From IMG/VR virus record IMGVR_UViG_2651869695_000003: a stretch of 64,000 nucleotides of DNA. One strand, written 5' to 3'. The stretch is from a virus (taxonomy: Duplodnaviria; Heunggongvirae; Uroviricota; Caudoviricetes). Made by a program: the position numbers and the translations under genes. The notes beneath the pieces are model-generated. The model did not search any database and was not told where the DNA came from. It saw only the letters and a list, made by a program, of their open reading frames with translations. Positions within the stretch are counted from its first letter, which is position 1. Each line of letters starts with the position of its first letter. Shown piece by piece: positions 50,482-61,721 of the stretch.

Positions 50482-51047
50482 GCGTTAGTTTCTCCACAAC
50501 CAGAAGCAATCGACGCCACGACGCCCGGAGCTGCACACTCGCGGGCGTCATTACTTTCTGAAATGCAAAAAATTTTGTAGACCAGTGCTGCATGCTCCTG
50601 CAGCTTCGAAATTGAGAGATACAGCTCGTCGTTAATTGCTGTCTTCTCATGCGGTTCCACTACACCGTCTTCGATTGCTGAACGAATCTGTTTTGAATAA
50701 CTGCCGATCTGTTCAATGACTTCCAGCAGACGCTGGTTAATATCGGCGTTGTCCACATCCTCGACGTCAGGAAGAGACACAAAGACGCCATTTGCAGACT
50801 GCGCCACAGCATCAGCAATGAAGTGAGTGCCACCAGCACGCTGTAAAACCATTGCCCATCCCAGCGGGAAAATCTGATCGCCATCTGCACGAAGGCGGTT
50901 GAATAAAGCGTTTTCTGTTACATCGAGCCAGTCAGCCGCTTCAGCGTAACCACCCGGCAACGCCGCGATAGTTTTTCTGACAGCTTTCACGTACCACTCA
51001 GGCTGTTTTTCTATTTTCCAGTGATGCTTACCCACAATTAGCCTCAT
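50478..51047 (-). CDS. CII-like phage regulatory protein (putative)
   Basis: 189 aa directly downstream of cro-like gene; weak resemblance to enterobacterial phage CII-type regulators. Confidence 0.4.
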   Translation of the reverse strand: MRLIVGKHHWKIEKQPEWYVKAVRKTIAALPGGYAEAADWLDVTENALFNRLRADGDQIFPLGWAMVLQRAGGTHFIADAVAQSANGVFVSLPDVEDVDNADINQRLLEVIEQIGSYSKQIRSAIEDGVVEPHEKTAINDELYLSISKLQEHAALVYKIFCISESNDARECAAPGVVASIASGCGETNA

Positions 51048-51078
51048 CGTTCTGTGGTTAAAAATTGAAAGTGTTCTG

Positions 51079-51279
51079 CTAATCTTTCGGATAGATATCC
51101 GGTCTTAAGTCAGATTTCGTAATTGCACCTGACGTGCATTGCTCAAGTTTTTTAGCCAGCACAAAACTGGCTTTTTTATAGCCATTGAAAACCAGCCGTA
51201 AGTAGCCAGGTGTTGAGCCAACTTTTCCGGCCAACTCGCCCTGCTGTTCTTTGGTTAAAGAGTCCCAATACGCTTTCAT
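51079..51279 (-). CDS. Cro/YdaS-like HTH regulator
   Basis: 66-aa HTH protein divergent from cI-like repressor; start at first ATG of the longer ORF 51079..51582. Confidence 0.6.
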   Translation of the reverse strand: MKAYWDSLTKEQQGELAGKVGSTPGYLRLVFNGYKKASFVLAKKLEQCTSGAITKSDLRPDIYPKD

Positions 51280-51282
51280 ACA

Positions 51283-51354
51283 ATATGTACCTCCGATGTA
51301 CATATTACATGATTGAAATGAACCTTCAAGATACTTGTACCTTAACGGTACAAG
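51283..51354. promoter_or_regulatory. Operator region (OR-like): two TGTAC-N7-GTACA inverted repeats between cro and cI
   Basis: ATATGTAC-N7-GTACATAT at 51283..51305 and CTTGTACC-N5-GGTACAAG at 51334..51354. Confidence 0.45.
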
Positions 51355-51369
51355 GGTTTTAATTTCGTT

Positions 51370-52044
51370 ATGAAAACAATCCATGACATCCGGCGGTCTA
51401 ACGCCAGAAAACTGAGAGATGGTGTTGGCGGGAATTCTTCCTTTGCCACTATGATTGATCGCGAGCCAACCCAGACCAGCAGGTTTATGGGAGATGGTGC
51501 TACTAAAAATATCGGTGACAGCATGGCACGACACATCGAAAAATGTTTCGACCTGCCTGTCGGATGGCTCGATCAAGAACACCAGACAACGAACATCACA
51601 AAAAAACCTGATGTTTCAATCACTAATAAACAAATCACATTAGTCCCTGTCATATCATGGGTACAGGCCGGAGCATGGAAAGAAGTTGGATATTCTGAGG
51701 TTGATTTGAGCACAGCAGAAACGTATCCCTGCCCTGTACCCTGTGGGGAAATGACTTATATCTTGCGGGTGATAGGTGATTCAATGATTGATGAGTACCG
51801 CCCGGGAGACATGATTTTTGTCGATCCTGAAGTACCTGCCTGCCACGGTGACGACGTTATTGCATTGATGCACGATACAGGTGAAACCACCTTCAAAAGG
51901 TTGATAGAAGATGGGACACAGCGTTATCTCAAAGCGTTAAACCCAAACTGGCCTGAGCCTTACATTAAGATCAACGGTAATTGCTCTATAATTGGTACAG
52001 TGATTTTCTCAGGAAAACCAAGAAGATACAAAATCAAAGCCTAA
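51370..52044 (+). CDS. CI-like repressor (HTH + S24 LexA-type peptidase domain)
   Basis: C-terminal ...VIGDSMIDEYRPGDMIFVDP... autocleavage domain motif; divergent from cro; no SD (possibly leaderless like lambda PRM transcript). Confidence 0.8.
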   Translation: MKTIHDIRRSNARKLRDGVGGNSSFATMIDREPTQTSRFMGDGATKNIGDSMARHIEKCFDLPVGWLDQEHQTTNITKKPDVSITNKQITLVPVISWVQAGAWKEVGYSEVDLSTAETYPCPVPCGEMTYILRVIGDSMIDEYRPGDMIFVDPEVPACHGDDVIALMHDTGETTFKRLIEDGTQRYLKALNPNWPEPYIKINGNCSIIGTVIFSGKPRRYKIKA

Positions 52045-52057
52045 TCAATGTTTATGA

Positions 52058-52079
52058 ACCTGCTTCGGCAGGTTTTTTT
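52058..52079 (+). terminator. Rho-independent terminator after repressor gene
   Basis: ACCTGC-TTCG-GCAGGT followed by TTTTTTT. Confidence 0.55.
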
Positions 52080-52083
52080 ATAC

Positions 52084-52115
52084 TTGACAATGTACCTTTG
52101 AGATACATAATGTAC
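52084..52115 (+). promoter_or_regulatory. PL-like promoter with overlapping operator half-sites
   Basis: TTGACA (52084..52089), 16-bp spacer, CATAAT (52106..52111); TGTAC/ATACA half-sites overlap. Confidence 0.45.
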
Positions 52116-52216
52116 CCAAGCGAAACAACGAACAGGCAGGACGCCCACGAAGTAGCCGCCTGGGGCATATGAAGTCCAGGATGATTCGTTGAGTCATGTT
52201 GTGCCACTAGGCACTC

Positions 52217-52513
52217 ATGTTAAAGCAGGTGTATGAAATGAAAGTCCAGATTTTAAACAATAACTGTGAAGTCGTTTGGTCATACGACATAGCCGCCCCT
52301 GTAGATCAGAGCGGCGATAGCTGGACCAATGGGAAACATCAGATTATGGCTGGAGTTGTGTTCTCTTTACGCCGTGCTTTGGAACAGGCTGAAGTATTTC
52401 CATCAGACCCTGAATGGAAATGGCCTTTTTCTATTTGTCCAAATTCGGAGAGCACATTTCAGAAAATTGGTCAGAAAGTCGCACTCGAAGAGCATCAGCC
52501 AACTGTTTCCTGA
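52217..52513 (+). CDS. Hypothetical early-left protein (98 aa)
   Basis: First ORF downstream of PL-like promoter; overlaps a competing minus-strand ORF. Confidence 0.3.
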   Translation: MLKQVYEMKVQILNNNCEVVWSYDIAAPVDQSGDSWTNGKHQIMAGVVFSLRRALEQAEVFPSDPEWKWPFSICPNSESTFQKIGQKVALEEHQPTVS

Positions 52514-52676
52514 TTTTTTCAGGTAACTCGTCGGCATCGCAGAAACAACAACGCTCGATCATGTTGAAAGCCGATTCGTAGAACTGTTTTTGCTGAGTGT
52601 CGCTGAGACAGGAAAAGAGCGACGTTACGATGATTTTATTAATTGCATTATCAAGTTCTTTTTCATCAAAAGTCAT
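52431..52676 (-). CDS. Hypothetical protein (81 aa), alternative to overlapping plus-strand ORF
   Basis: Protein-like composition; only one of the two overlapping ORFs is likely real. Confidence 0.25.
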   Translation of the reverse strand: MTFDEKELDNAINKIIVTSLFSCLSDTQQKQFYESAFNMIERCCFCDADELPEKIRKQLADALRVRLSDQFSEMCSPNLDK

Positions 52677-53095
52677 TTGATTTTCCTTTTATGTATACGG
52701 GCTTAAAAGGATACCACCGAGCCTGAAGTGGTGAAAAGACAGGCACATAACAGCTAAGTATTTTCAACCAGAGAGAATCCTTAGCGTTGTGGTGAATGCG
52801 GCTCAGCGCACGCGGGTTAAGGTTGAGGCTGACAGTCGACCTTCTGTGGATACCCACCCGTCTGGTGTGCAACCTTCGCCAGGCACCGGGAGGCACCCGG
52901 CACCACAACTTTATGCTGTGTGTAGTCCTGGCGGTACCAGTTTGTACCCTTGCTTCCGGCTGGTACCGTCCTTTTTACAAAACAGAGAAGAGCATCACCG
53001 GACGACGGGCTCATAACCCAATCCATCCGGGCGGCTGCCACCGCAGGTGTTCTTCTCTGTTTTGTGGAGAAACTAATCGGCCTTGCAGGGTCGAT

Positions 53096-53476
53096 ATGAT
53101 GAGGAGCAGCAAAATGGCTAGCGAACGCAGTACTGATGTGCAGGCATTTATCGGGGAGCTGGACGGCGGCGTATTTGAAACCAAAATCGGCGCAGTTCTC
53201 AGTGAAGTCGCTTCCGGTGTGATGAACACGAAAACCAAAGGTAAGGTCTCACTCAACCTGGAAATCGAACCATTTGATGAGAACCGTGTGAAAATCAAAC
53301 ACAAACTCTCATATGTTCGCCCGACTAACCGCGGGAAAATTTCTGAAGAAGACACCACCGAAACGCCGATGTATGTCAATCGCGGTGGTCGCCTGACTAT
53401 TCTGCAGGAAGACCAGGGACAATTACTGACTCTTGCCGGTGAACCTGACGGAAAACTCCGCGCAGCAGGTCATTAA
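53096..53476 (+). CDS. Hypothetical early protein (~126 aa)
   Basis: Start taken at internal MMRSSKMASER...; upstream part of ORF 52796..53476 looks non-coding. Confidence 0.4.
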   Translation: MMRSSKMASERSTDVQAFIGELDGGVFETKIGAVLSEVASGVMNTKTKGKVSLNLEIEPFDENRVKIKHKLSYVRPTNRGKISEEDTTETPMYVNRGGRLTILQEDQGQLLTLAGEPDGKLRAAGH

Positions 53477-53541
53477 TATCGTTTTTAATTAACTGATTAT
53501 TTATCTCATCACTGAATATTTTTATATAGTGAGGACTTATT

Positions 53542-54366
53542 ATGTCTCAGAACTTAGACGCAACCGCAATTAATCAAATCCATGCCCTTATTTCTGCTCA
53601 GGGTGTTAATGAAATTATCAGTAAGATTGGTGCCGACGCAGTGGCATTACCTGAAAATTTCCGCATTCATGATCTGGAAAAATTTAATTTAAATCGCTTC
53701 CGTTTCCGTGGTGCGCTTTCCACTGCCAGCATCGATGACTTTACCCGTTATTCTAAAGATCTTGCAGATGAAGGCACCCGCTGCTTTATCGATGCCGATA
53801 ATATGCGAGCCGTCAGTGTGCTTAACCTGGGTACTATTGATGAACCAGGTCACGCAGATAACACTGCCAATCTCAAACTGAAAAAGACAGCACCGTTCTC
53901 TGCCCTGTTGTCTGTTAACGGCGAGCGTAACTCCCAGAAGTCACTGGCAGAATGGATTGAAGACTGGGCCGACTACCTTGTGGGCTTTGATGCTAATGGT
54001 GACGCCATTCAGGCAACCAAAGCGGCTGCGGCGATCCGTAAAATCACAATTGAAGCGAACCAGACCGCTGATTTTGAAGATAATGACTTCAGCAGCAAAC
54101 GCTCCCTGATGGAGTCTGTCGAAGCGAAGACCAAAGACATTATGCCAGTGGCATTTGAATTTAAATGCGTTCCGTTTGAAGGTCTGAAAGAACGTCCGTT
54201 TAAATTACGCCTCAGCATTATCACTGGCGATCGTCCTGTACTGGTTCTGCGCATTATTCAGCTGGAAGCGGTACAGGAAGAAATGACTAACGAATTTCGT
54301 GATCTGCTTGTTGAGAAATTCAAGGACAGCAAAGTAGAAACCTTTATTGGTACTTTCACCGCCTGA
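53542..54366 (+). CDS. YfdQ-like prophage protein (DUF2303)
   Basis: 274 aa; recalled resemblance to E. coli prophage YfdQ family; followed by YfdR-like gene. Confidence 0.5.
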   Translation: MSQNLDATAINQIHALISAQGVNEIISKIGADAVALPENFRIHDLEKFNLNRFRFRGALSTASIDDFTRYSKDLADEGTRCFIDADNMRAVSVLNLGTIDEPGHADNTANLKLKKTAPFSALLSVNGERNSQKSLAEWIEDWADYLVGFDANGDAIQATKAAAAIRKITIEANQTADFEDNDFSSKRSLMESVEAKTKDIMPVAFEFKCVPFEGLKERPFKLRLSIITGDRPVLVLRIIQLEAVQEEMTNEFRDLLVEKFKDSKVETFIGTFTA

Positions 54367-54493
54367 TTTCATTACTGCAAATGCCCCTGCGGGGGCATTT
54401 ATGGAAACGTAATTAACTCAATAATCACCGGATGGTGAGGGCTTCCTTTTACCAGAATTCAGCGCGGTGCAGTGCATATACGTGGAGAACAAA

Positions 54494-55018
54494 ATGTCAT
54501 TTATTAGAACTTTTTCCGGGAAGCATTTTTATTATGAAAGGATAAATAAAGACGACATCGATATTAACGATATCGCGGTTTCCCTTTCAAATATCTGTCG
54601 CTTTGCCGGTCATCTTTCGCACTTCTACAGCGTCGCCCAACATGCGGTTCTTTGCAGCCAGCTGGTGCCGCAGGAATTTGCTTTTGAAGCGTTAATGCAT
54701 GATGCAACAGAAGCGTATTGCCAGGACATTCCCGCACCACTGAAACGCCTTCTTCCTGACTATAAACGAATGGAAGAAAAAATAGACGCCGTAATCCGTG
54801 AGAAATACGGGTTACCCCCGGTTATGAGTACGCCCGTGAAATATGCCGATCTCATCATGCTGGCAACCGAACGCCGCGATCTCGGGCTTGATGATGGCTC
54901 TTTCTGGCCCGTACTGGAAGGTATCCCGGCAACAGAGATGTTCAAAGTTATTCCACTGTCGCCAGGCCATACCTATGGGATGTTTATGGAACGCTTTAAA
55001 GAGTTAACTGAGTCGTAA
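54494..55018 (+). CDS. HD-domain phosphohydrolase (YfdR-like 5'-deoxynucleotidase)
   Basis: H...HD...E motifs (HFYSVAQHAV ... MHDATEAY ... D); start at internal Met. Confidence 0.55.
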   Translation: MSFIRTFSGKHFYYERINKDDIDINDIAVSLSNICRFAGHLSHFYSVAQHAVLCSQLVPQEFAFEALMHDATEAYCQDIPAPLKRLLPDYKRMEEKIDAVIREKYGLPPVMSTPVKYADLIMLATERRDLGLDDGSFWPVLEGIPATEMFKVIPLSPGHTYGMFMERFKELTES

Positions 55019-55126
55019 AAATCAGCACGTACGAATTCAAACTCTGCCATAAAAGAACATATAAGTAATTTATTAACATATAGATATAGGTTATATTACA
55101 AATTGAAAAATTATTGGAGAGCAACA

Positions 55127-55993
55127 ATGAATCAAAATCCATTCTCATTCTATGACTTTCTTGGATATTTAATACCAGGTGGTTTTTTTATCCTATTAAT
55201 GTATTTCTGTGGTTTGACATTCGATCTAGATATTGTTATTGACTTAAGTGAATTGCTCAGAGGTCAAAGTCAAATCTTTGGCATTTTGAACTACGCTTCA
55301 ATAGTTATTATATCTTATATAGCTGGACATTTTATTTCTATCACGTCAGCATTTTTTATCGAAAAATACATGAATAAAGAATTAGGATATCCTTCCAAAT
55401 ATCTATTTAAAAAATTGATAGATACCTCAGAAAGCATTTGTAGCCCATCATGCGATGAGAGAAGCGCTGATAAAAAAACAAAAATAAAGAATCGCATAAT
55501 CAAATGCGTATTATGTCCAATAATACTATGGGATTTTATAACACAAAAACTATGTTATTCTCAATCTCTACCATTTCATTTAGCTAATACAACATGGTTA
55601 ATGATCAAAGAAGGTTATGAGAAAAAGTTCATAACAAATCGCCAATTATTACAAGATAAAAACGGACTTGATGATGATCTCTTCAGATTGGCATATCATT
55701 ATGTTTATGAGTTTTCAAAACAACATCAAACAAAAATTCAAAACTATGTTGCATTATATGGTTTTTGCAGAAACATATGTTTAATCTTTATAATTTCATT
55801 TTGGGTATCAGTTCCAACCTTTATTTATCGATTATGTACTCATAGTGATTATCTTTATAGTTTACTTTCAATAATGCTTAGCTTTTTCTTCGTCTATGTC
55901 TTCTATGTTGGTTTTGTTAAATTTTATAGAAGATATACTTTAGAAGTATTAATGGCATTTGCTGTACTTCAAAGTAACGACACTATTCGTTAA
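55127..55993 (+). CDS. AT-rich multi-pass membrane protein (cargo)
   Basis: Several hydrophobic helices; GGAGA 6 nt upstream of ATG 55127; very low GC. Confidence 0.5.
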   Translation: MNQNPFSFYDFLGYLIPGGFFILLMYFCGLTFDLDIVIDLSELLRGQSQIFGILNYASIVIISYIAGHFISITSAFFIEKYMNKELGYPSKYLFKKLIDTSESICSPSCDERSADKKTKIKNRIIKCVLCPIILWDFITQKLCYSQSLPFHLANTTWLMIKEGYEKKFITNRQLLQDKNGLDDDLFRLAYHYVYEFSKQHQTKIQNYVALYGFCRNICLIFIISFWVSVPTFIYRLCTHSDYLYSLLSIMLSFFFVYVFYVGFVKFYRRYTLEVLMAFAVLQSNDTIR

Positions 55994-56034
55994 TAATGTT
56001 GCTCCCGTGTGCAGACGGGATAATGGAGAAACGT

Positions 56035-56241
56035 ATGCTGAACCTCGATTGTGTTCCTATCTCAACTTATTGCAAAGAAACTGGCGAAACTCCTGAAGCA
56101 ATAAACAAACGTGTACAGCGCGGTGTTTGGCGTGAAGGTGTTCAGGTTTTAAAGGTTGAAGGCGTTAAGGAGAGGTGGATTGATCTTAGTGAGGTTGCAA
56201 AATGGGCCAGACAAAACTGCTCAAACTACCGCGCGGCGTAA
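56035..56241 (+). CDS. Excisionase-like DNA-binding protein
   Basis: Small basic protein immediately upstream of and overlapping integrase. Confidence 0.55.
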   Translation: MLNLDCVPISTYCKETGETPEAINKRVQRGVWREGVQVLKVEGVKERWIDLSEVAKWARQNCSNYRAA

Positions 56242-57377
56242 CAATCAGGAAACACCGCCAGGGAGAAACGATCAATATAACTTTCACCTACAAAGGAGTT
56301 AGATGTCGTGAGCCACTTTCCAATCTGGAAGTAACACCAAAGAACATTAAATACGCCGAGCGTACACTCGGCGAAATCCATAATAAGATCGAAAGGGGAA
56401 CATTCATTTATGCAGAATATTTTCCCCGTTCTGCTCGTTTGAAAATTTTTGGTAATGCTGCCACTGGCAAAACGGTAAAAATGTACCTGGACGAATATCT
56501 TGAAATCTGCGAAACGAGGAAACTATCACCATCCACGATTGGTGGTTATAAAAAATGCCGGAGTGCGTTAGCCTCGCTTCACATTTGCCCTGCAAGTGAA
56601 TTAACACCAGCAACCCTGAAAGCGTGGATTCAAAGCCAAAAAACGACCTTAAAAACCATTCGCAACCAGTTATCTTTCCTGCGGTCAGCACTTGATGAAG
56701 CCGTAACCGATGGGGTACTTCAAATTAATCCCGTATCGTTAGTAACTGCTTCGCGCTACCAAAGTGATAAGTCAGAAGCAGAAAGCAGCTACGTGGTTGA
56801 TCCGCTATCACCAGCAGAAGTTGATGCATTACTAGCAGCAGCCGGAAACAAACAATGGGAGAATCTGTTCCGGTTCGCTATACATACAGGTCTGCGTAGT
56901 TCTGAATTATGTGCCCTTCGATGGCGTGATATTGACTTTGTAGGGATGACTGCCCACGTCCAGAGCGCCAGTGTTGTTGGTGTAATCAAAGGTACCAAAA
57001 CAAAAGCAGGTACTCGAAAAGTTGAACTGACAGATGAAGCAATGTCTGCACTAATAAATCAGAAACCGTTCACTTTCATGAAGGACGCGACTGTCTTTGA
57101 AGATCCAAAAACCAATAAACCTTGGGCCAGCGCAGACGCCATAAGAAAGAAGGCATGGGTGCCAACTTTACGTAAAGCCGGAGTCCGTTACCGTAATCCT
57201 TATCAAACTAGACATACATTTGCTACAAAACACATTAGTCAAGGTGTTAATTTGTTTTGGTTAGCCGCTCAAATGGGGCATAAAGGACCAGAAATGCTAT
57301 TTAGGCATTACGGCCGTTATCTTAAAGATTATGATAACAATAGCACACACAATCATTTGATAAATTGTACTAATTAA
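56202..57377 (+). CDS. Tyrosine integrase (phage integrase family)
   Basis: C-terminal catalytic region with R...HxxR...Y pattern (TRHTFATKHI ... LFRHYGRY). Confidence 0.9.
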   Translation: MGQTKLLKLPRGVTIRKHRQGETINITFTYKGVRCREPLSNLEVTPKNIKYAERTLGEIHNKIERGTFIYAEYFPRSARLKIFGNAATGKTVKMYLDEYLEICETRKLSPSTIGGYKKCRSALASLHICPASELTPATLKAWIQSQKTTLKTIRNQLSFLRSALDEAVTDGVLQINPVSLVTASRYQSDKSEAESSYVVDPLSPAEVDALLAAAGNKQWENLFRFAIHTGLRSSELCALRWRDIDFVGMTAHVQSASVVGVIKGTKTKAGTRKVELTDEAMSALINQKPFTFMKDATVFEDPKTNKPWASADAIRKKAWVPTLRKAGVRYRNPYQTRHTFATKHISQGVNLFWLAAQMGHKGPEMLFRHYGRYLKDYDNNSTHNHLINCTN

Positions 57378-57416
57378 ATGATAATCTCTACTTCTGATTG
57401 GAAGTAGAGATTTCAC

Positions 57417-58235
57417 ATGAATAACACAGATTTAATAAAAATGTTAGGTTACTCAATTACCACTACCGACTTCATAGCCATAATAAGTGTCATAATTGCA
57501 TTTTTTGCAATGTACCAAACATGGCAGCAAAGAATAATTTCAAACAAACCTCAAATCTTACCTAAGAATATAAAATTCACATGGATGCACAGAGATAACT
57601 TGAAATTATTTAAGAACATAGAAATATCACCAACCACTTTGAATATAGAGCTTCTCAACATAGGTCTTGGCCCAGCTATAAAAATAAACCACTACTGGTC
57701 TGAAGAGTATGAGAAATATATTAAGATAAACAAATTCAAAATAGATAATAACAACACACAAAAATCACATGAGATATTTTTGCAAAATGAAGAGTTTTTT
57801 ACAATCAAAGACAACAATAACTTCTTGAATGTTGATATTTTTGGTAGAGGTCCGCAAAAACATAATAGCTTTCAAAAAAAAGGAACTTTGATAGAATTTA
57901 TAACTCCGAATATTAAAGACAAAGAGAAAACAACCATACCATTTCCCCCATTGGTGCCGGAATTAATTGGTAATTATCTTGTAACCACCTCCATCTCATC
58001 GTTTATAGGGCCGGACCTTATCCTTGAATATAGAGATGTAAACAATAAGAAAAGAAAGAAAATTTTCACAACAGAATTTAAGAGCGTATCTTTTTACGGA
58101 AATGGCTTAGATCTAATTTTAGACATAGATATTCTTTTCACATCCAAACAGTGTTGGACACAGGTTGTCCTAGAAAGGATACGCAAAAGCTACGCAGATT
58201 TTATGGATGAGCATGATTTTAATAAAAACAGATAG
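57417..58235 (+). CDS. AT-rich hypothetical protein with N-terminal TM anchor (cargo between int and att)
   Basis: 272-aa ORF, Asn/Lys/Ile-rich, very low GC. Confidence 0.5.
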   Translation: MNNTDLIKMLGYSITTTDFIAIISVIIAFFAMYQTWQQRIISNKPQILPKNIKFTWMHRDNLKLFKNIEISPTTLNIELLNIGLGPAIKINHYWSEEYEKYIKINKFKIDNNNTQKSHEIFLQNEEFFTIKDNNNFLNVDIFGRGPQKHNSFQKKGTLIEFITPNIKDKEKTTIPFPPLVPELIGNYLVTTSISSFIGPDLILEYRDVNNKKRKKIFTTEFKSVSFYGNGLDLILDIDILFTSKQCWTQVVLERIRKSYADFMDEHDFNKNR

Positions 58236-58242
58236 TTAAAAA

Positions 58243-58279
58243 AATTCGGACTCGGGTTCAACTCCCGCCAGCTCCACCA
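58243..58279 (+). other. Partial tmRNA (ssrA) 3' end = prophage att core / junction
   Basis: TTCGGACTCGGGTTCAACTCCCGCCAGCTCCACCA matches my recollection of the E. coli tmRNA 3' end; no tmRNA body upstream. Confidence 0.6.
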
Positions 58280-58326
58280 AAATTCTCCATCGGTGATTAC
58301 CAGAGTCATCCGATGAAGTCCTAAGA

Positions 58327-58358
58327 GCCCGCACGGCGCAAGCCCTGCGGGCTTTTTT
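58327..58358 (+). terminator. Rho-independent terminator (native ssrA-downstream terminator)
   Basis: GCCCGCA...TGCGGGC hairpin followed by TTTTTT. Confidence 0.5.
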
Positions 58359-58412
58359 GTGCCTTGAATTTGTCCCGCGAAGTCTGATGCCAACTAATTA
58401 AATCCGAACCTT

Positions 58413-58465
58413 TTAGGCACCTTGTTAGGCACCTCATAAAGCTTTATTGTTTTTGAGGTGCCTAA
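58413..58465. repeat. Three copies of 9-mer TTAGGCACC (two direct, one inverted) upstream of integrase pseudogene
   Basis: 58413..58421, 58425..58433, inverted at 58457..58465. Confidence 0.5.
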
Positions 58466-58540
58466 AACTATGGAAACCCGGCAATGGCAAGACAAACCAA
58501 ACCTCTATCCGTTAAAGAAATCGAATCTGCTAAACCCAAG

Positions 58541-60485
<1,945 letters not shown>

Positions 60486-61721
60486 AGTGACACCAAGGAA
60501 GCGGACTACGTTCTCTATGATGGCGATGGCCTTGAGCTACTTATCAAATCCAGCGGGAGTAAAATCTGGCAGTTTCGCTACATTCGCCCTGTCACCAAGA
60601 AACGTGCGAAGAAGAGCATAGGCCCCTACCCGTCAGTTACGCTTGCCGATGCCAGAAACTACCGGGCAGAGTCACGCTCTCTCCTGGCGAAACAAATCGA
60701 TCCACAGGAACATCAGCAAGAACAACTTCGCAGTTCGCTTGAAGCTAAAACCAATACTTTCCAACTCGTGGCTGAACGATGATGGAATGTGAAGAAAGCC
60801 AGCGTGACAGAGGACTATGCCGACGATATCTGGCGCTCTATTGAAGAGATGTCTTTCCTGCAATTGGCGACGTTAGCGTTACAGATATTAAAGCTCACAC
60901 ACTGGTTCAGGCCGTCCAACCGGTTCAGGCCAGAGGAGCAAAACCGTTTGTCGCCTGTGCCAGCGCATTAATGAGGTCATGACCTATGCCCAAAACACAT
61001 GGCTGATTGATGCTGTTCCCAGCGTTAATATTGGTAAAGCCTTCGAGAAGCCTCAGTAAAAGAACATGCCCAGCATTCGACCGGATCAGCTACCTCAACT
61101 GATGCAGACAATGCGAACAGCCAGCATTAGCCTTTCCACACGCTGCCTGTTCATGTGGCAACTTCTTACTATTACCCGCCCTGCCGAAGCGGCTGAAGCT
61201 CGCTGGGAAGAGATAGACATAGAAGCACAAGAGTGGAAGATTCCTGCAGCACGCATGAAAACGAACCGCGACCATACTGTTCCATTGTCAGATGAAGCAA
61301 TTGCGATACTGGAGATGATGAAGCCGTTAAGTGGAAATCGAGAATTTATCTTTCCCAGCCGCATCAAGCCAAACCAGCCGATGAACAGTCAGACCGTAAA
61401 CGCATAGCTAAAACGCGCAGGTTTTGGTGGGGTGCTCGTTTCACACGGCCTGCGATCTATCGCCAGTACAGCCCTTAATGAACAAGGCTTTCCGCCTGAT
61501 GCCATTGAGGCAGCACTTGCCCATGTAGACAAGAATGAAGTTCGTCGCTCTTATAACCGCAGCGATTACCTGGAGCAGCGTCGTCCAATGATGCAGTGGT
61601 GGACGAATTTTGTTCAAGCGGCAGATCGTGGAAGTATTATTGAAGGTGGGATGAAAGGAATGCGATTGGTTGGATAACGATTCACTCTGCCTACGTTATT
61701 ACAAATAGCGTCCGATTAGAG

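Noticed and set aside
52796-53095. N-terminal 100 codons of the 226-aa ORF 52796..53476
   Set aside because: This part overlaps the hairpin-rich leader and has Arg/Cys/Pro-rich low-complexity translation; the gene more plausibly starts at 53096.
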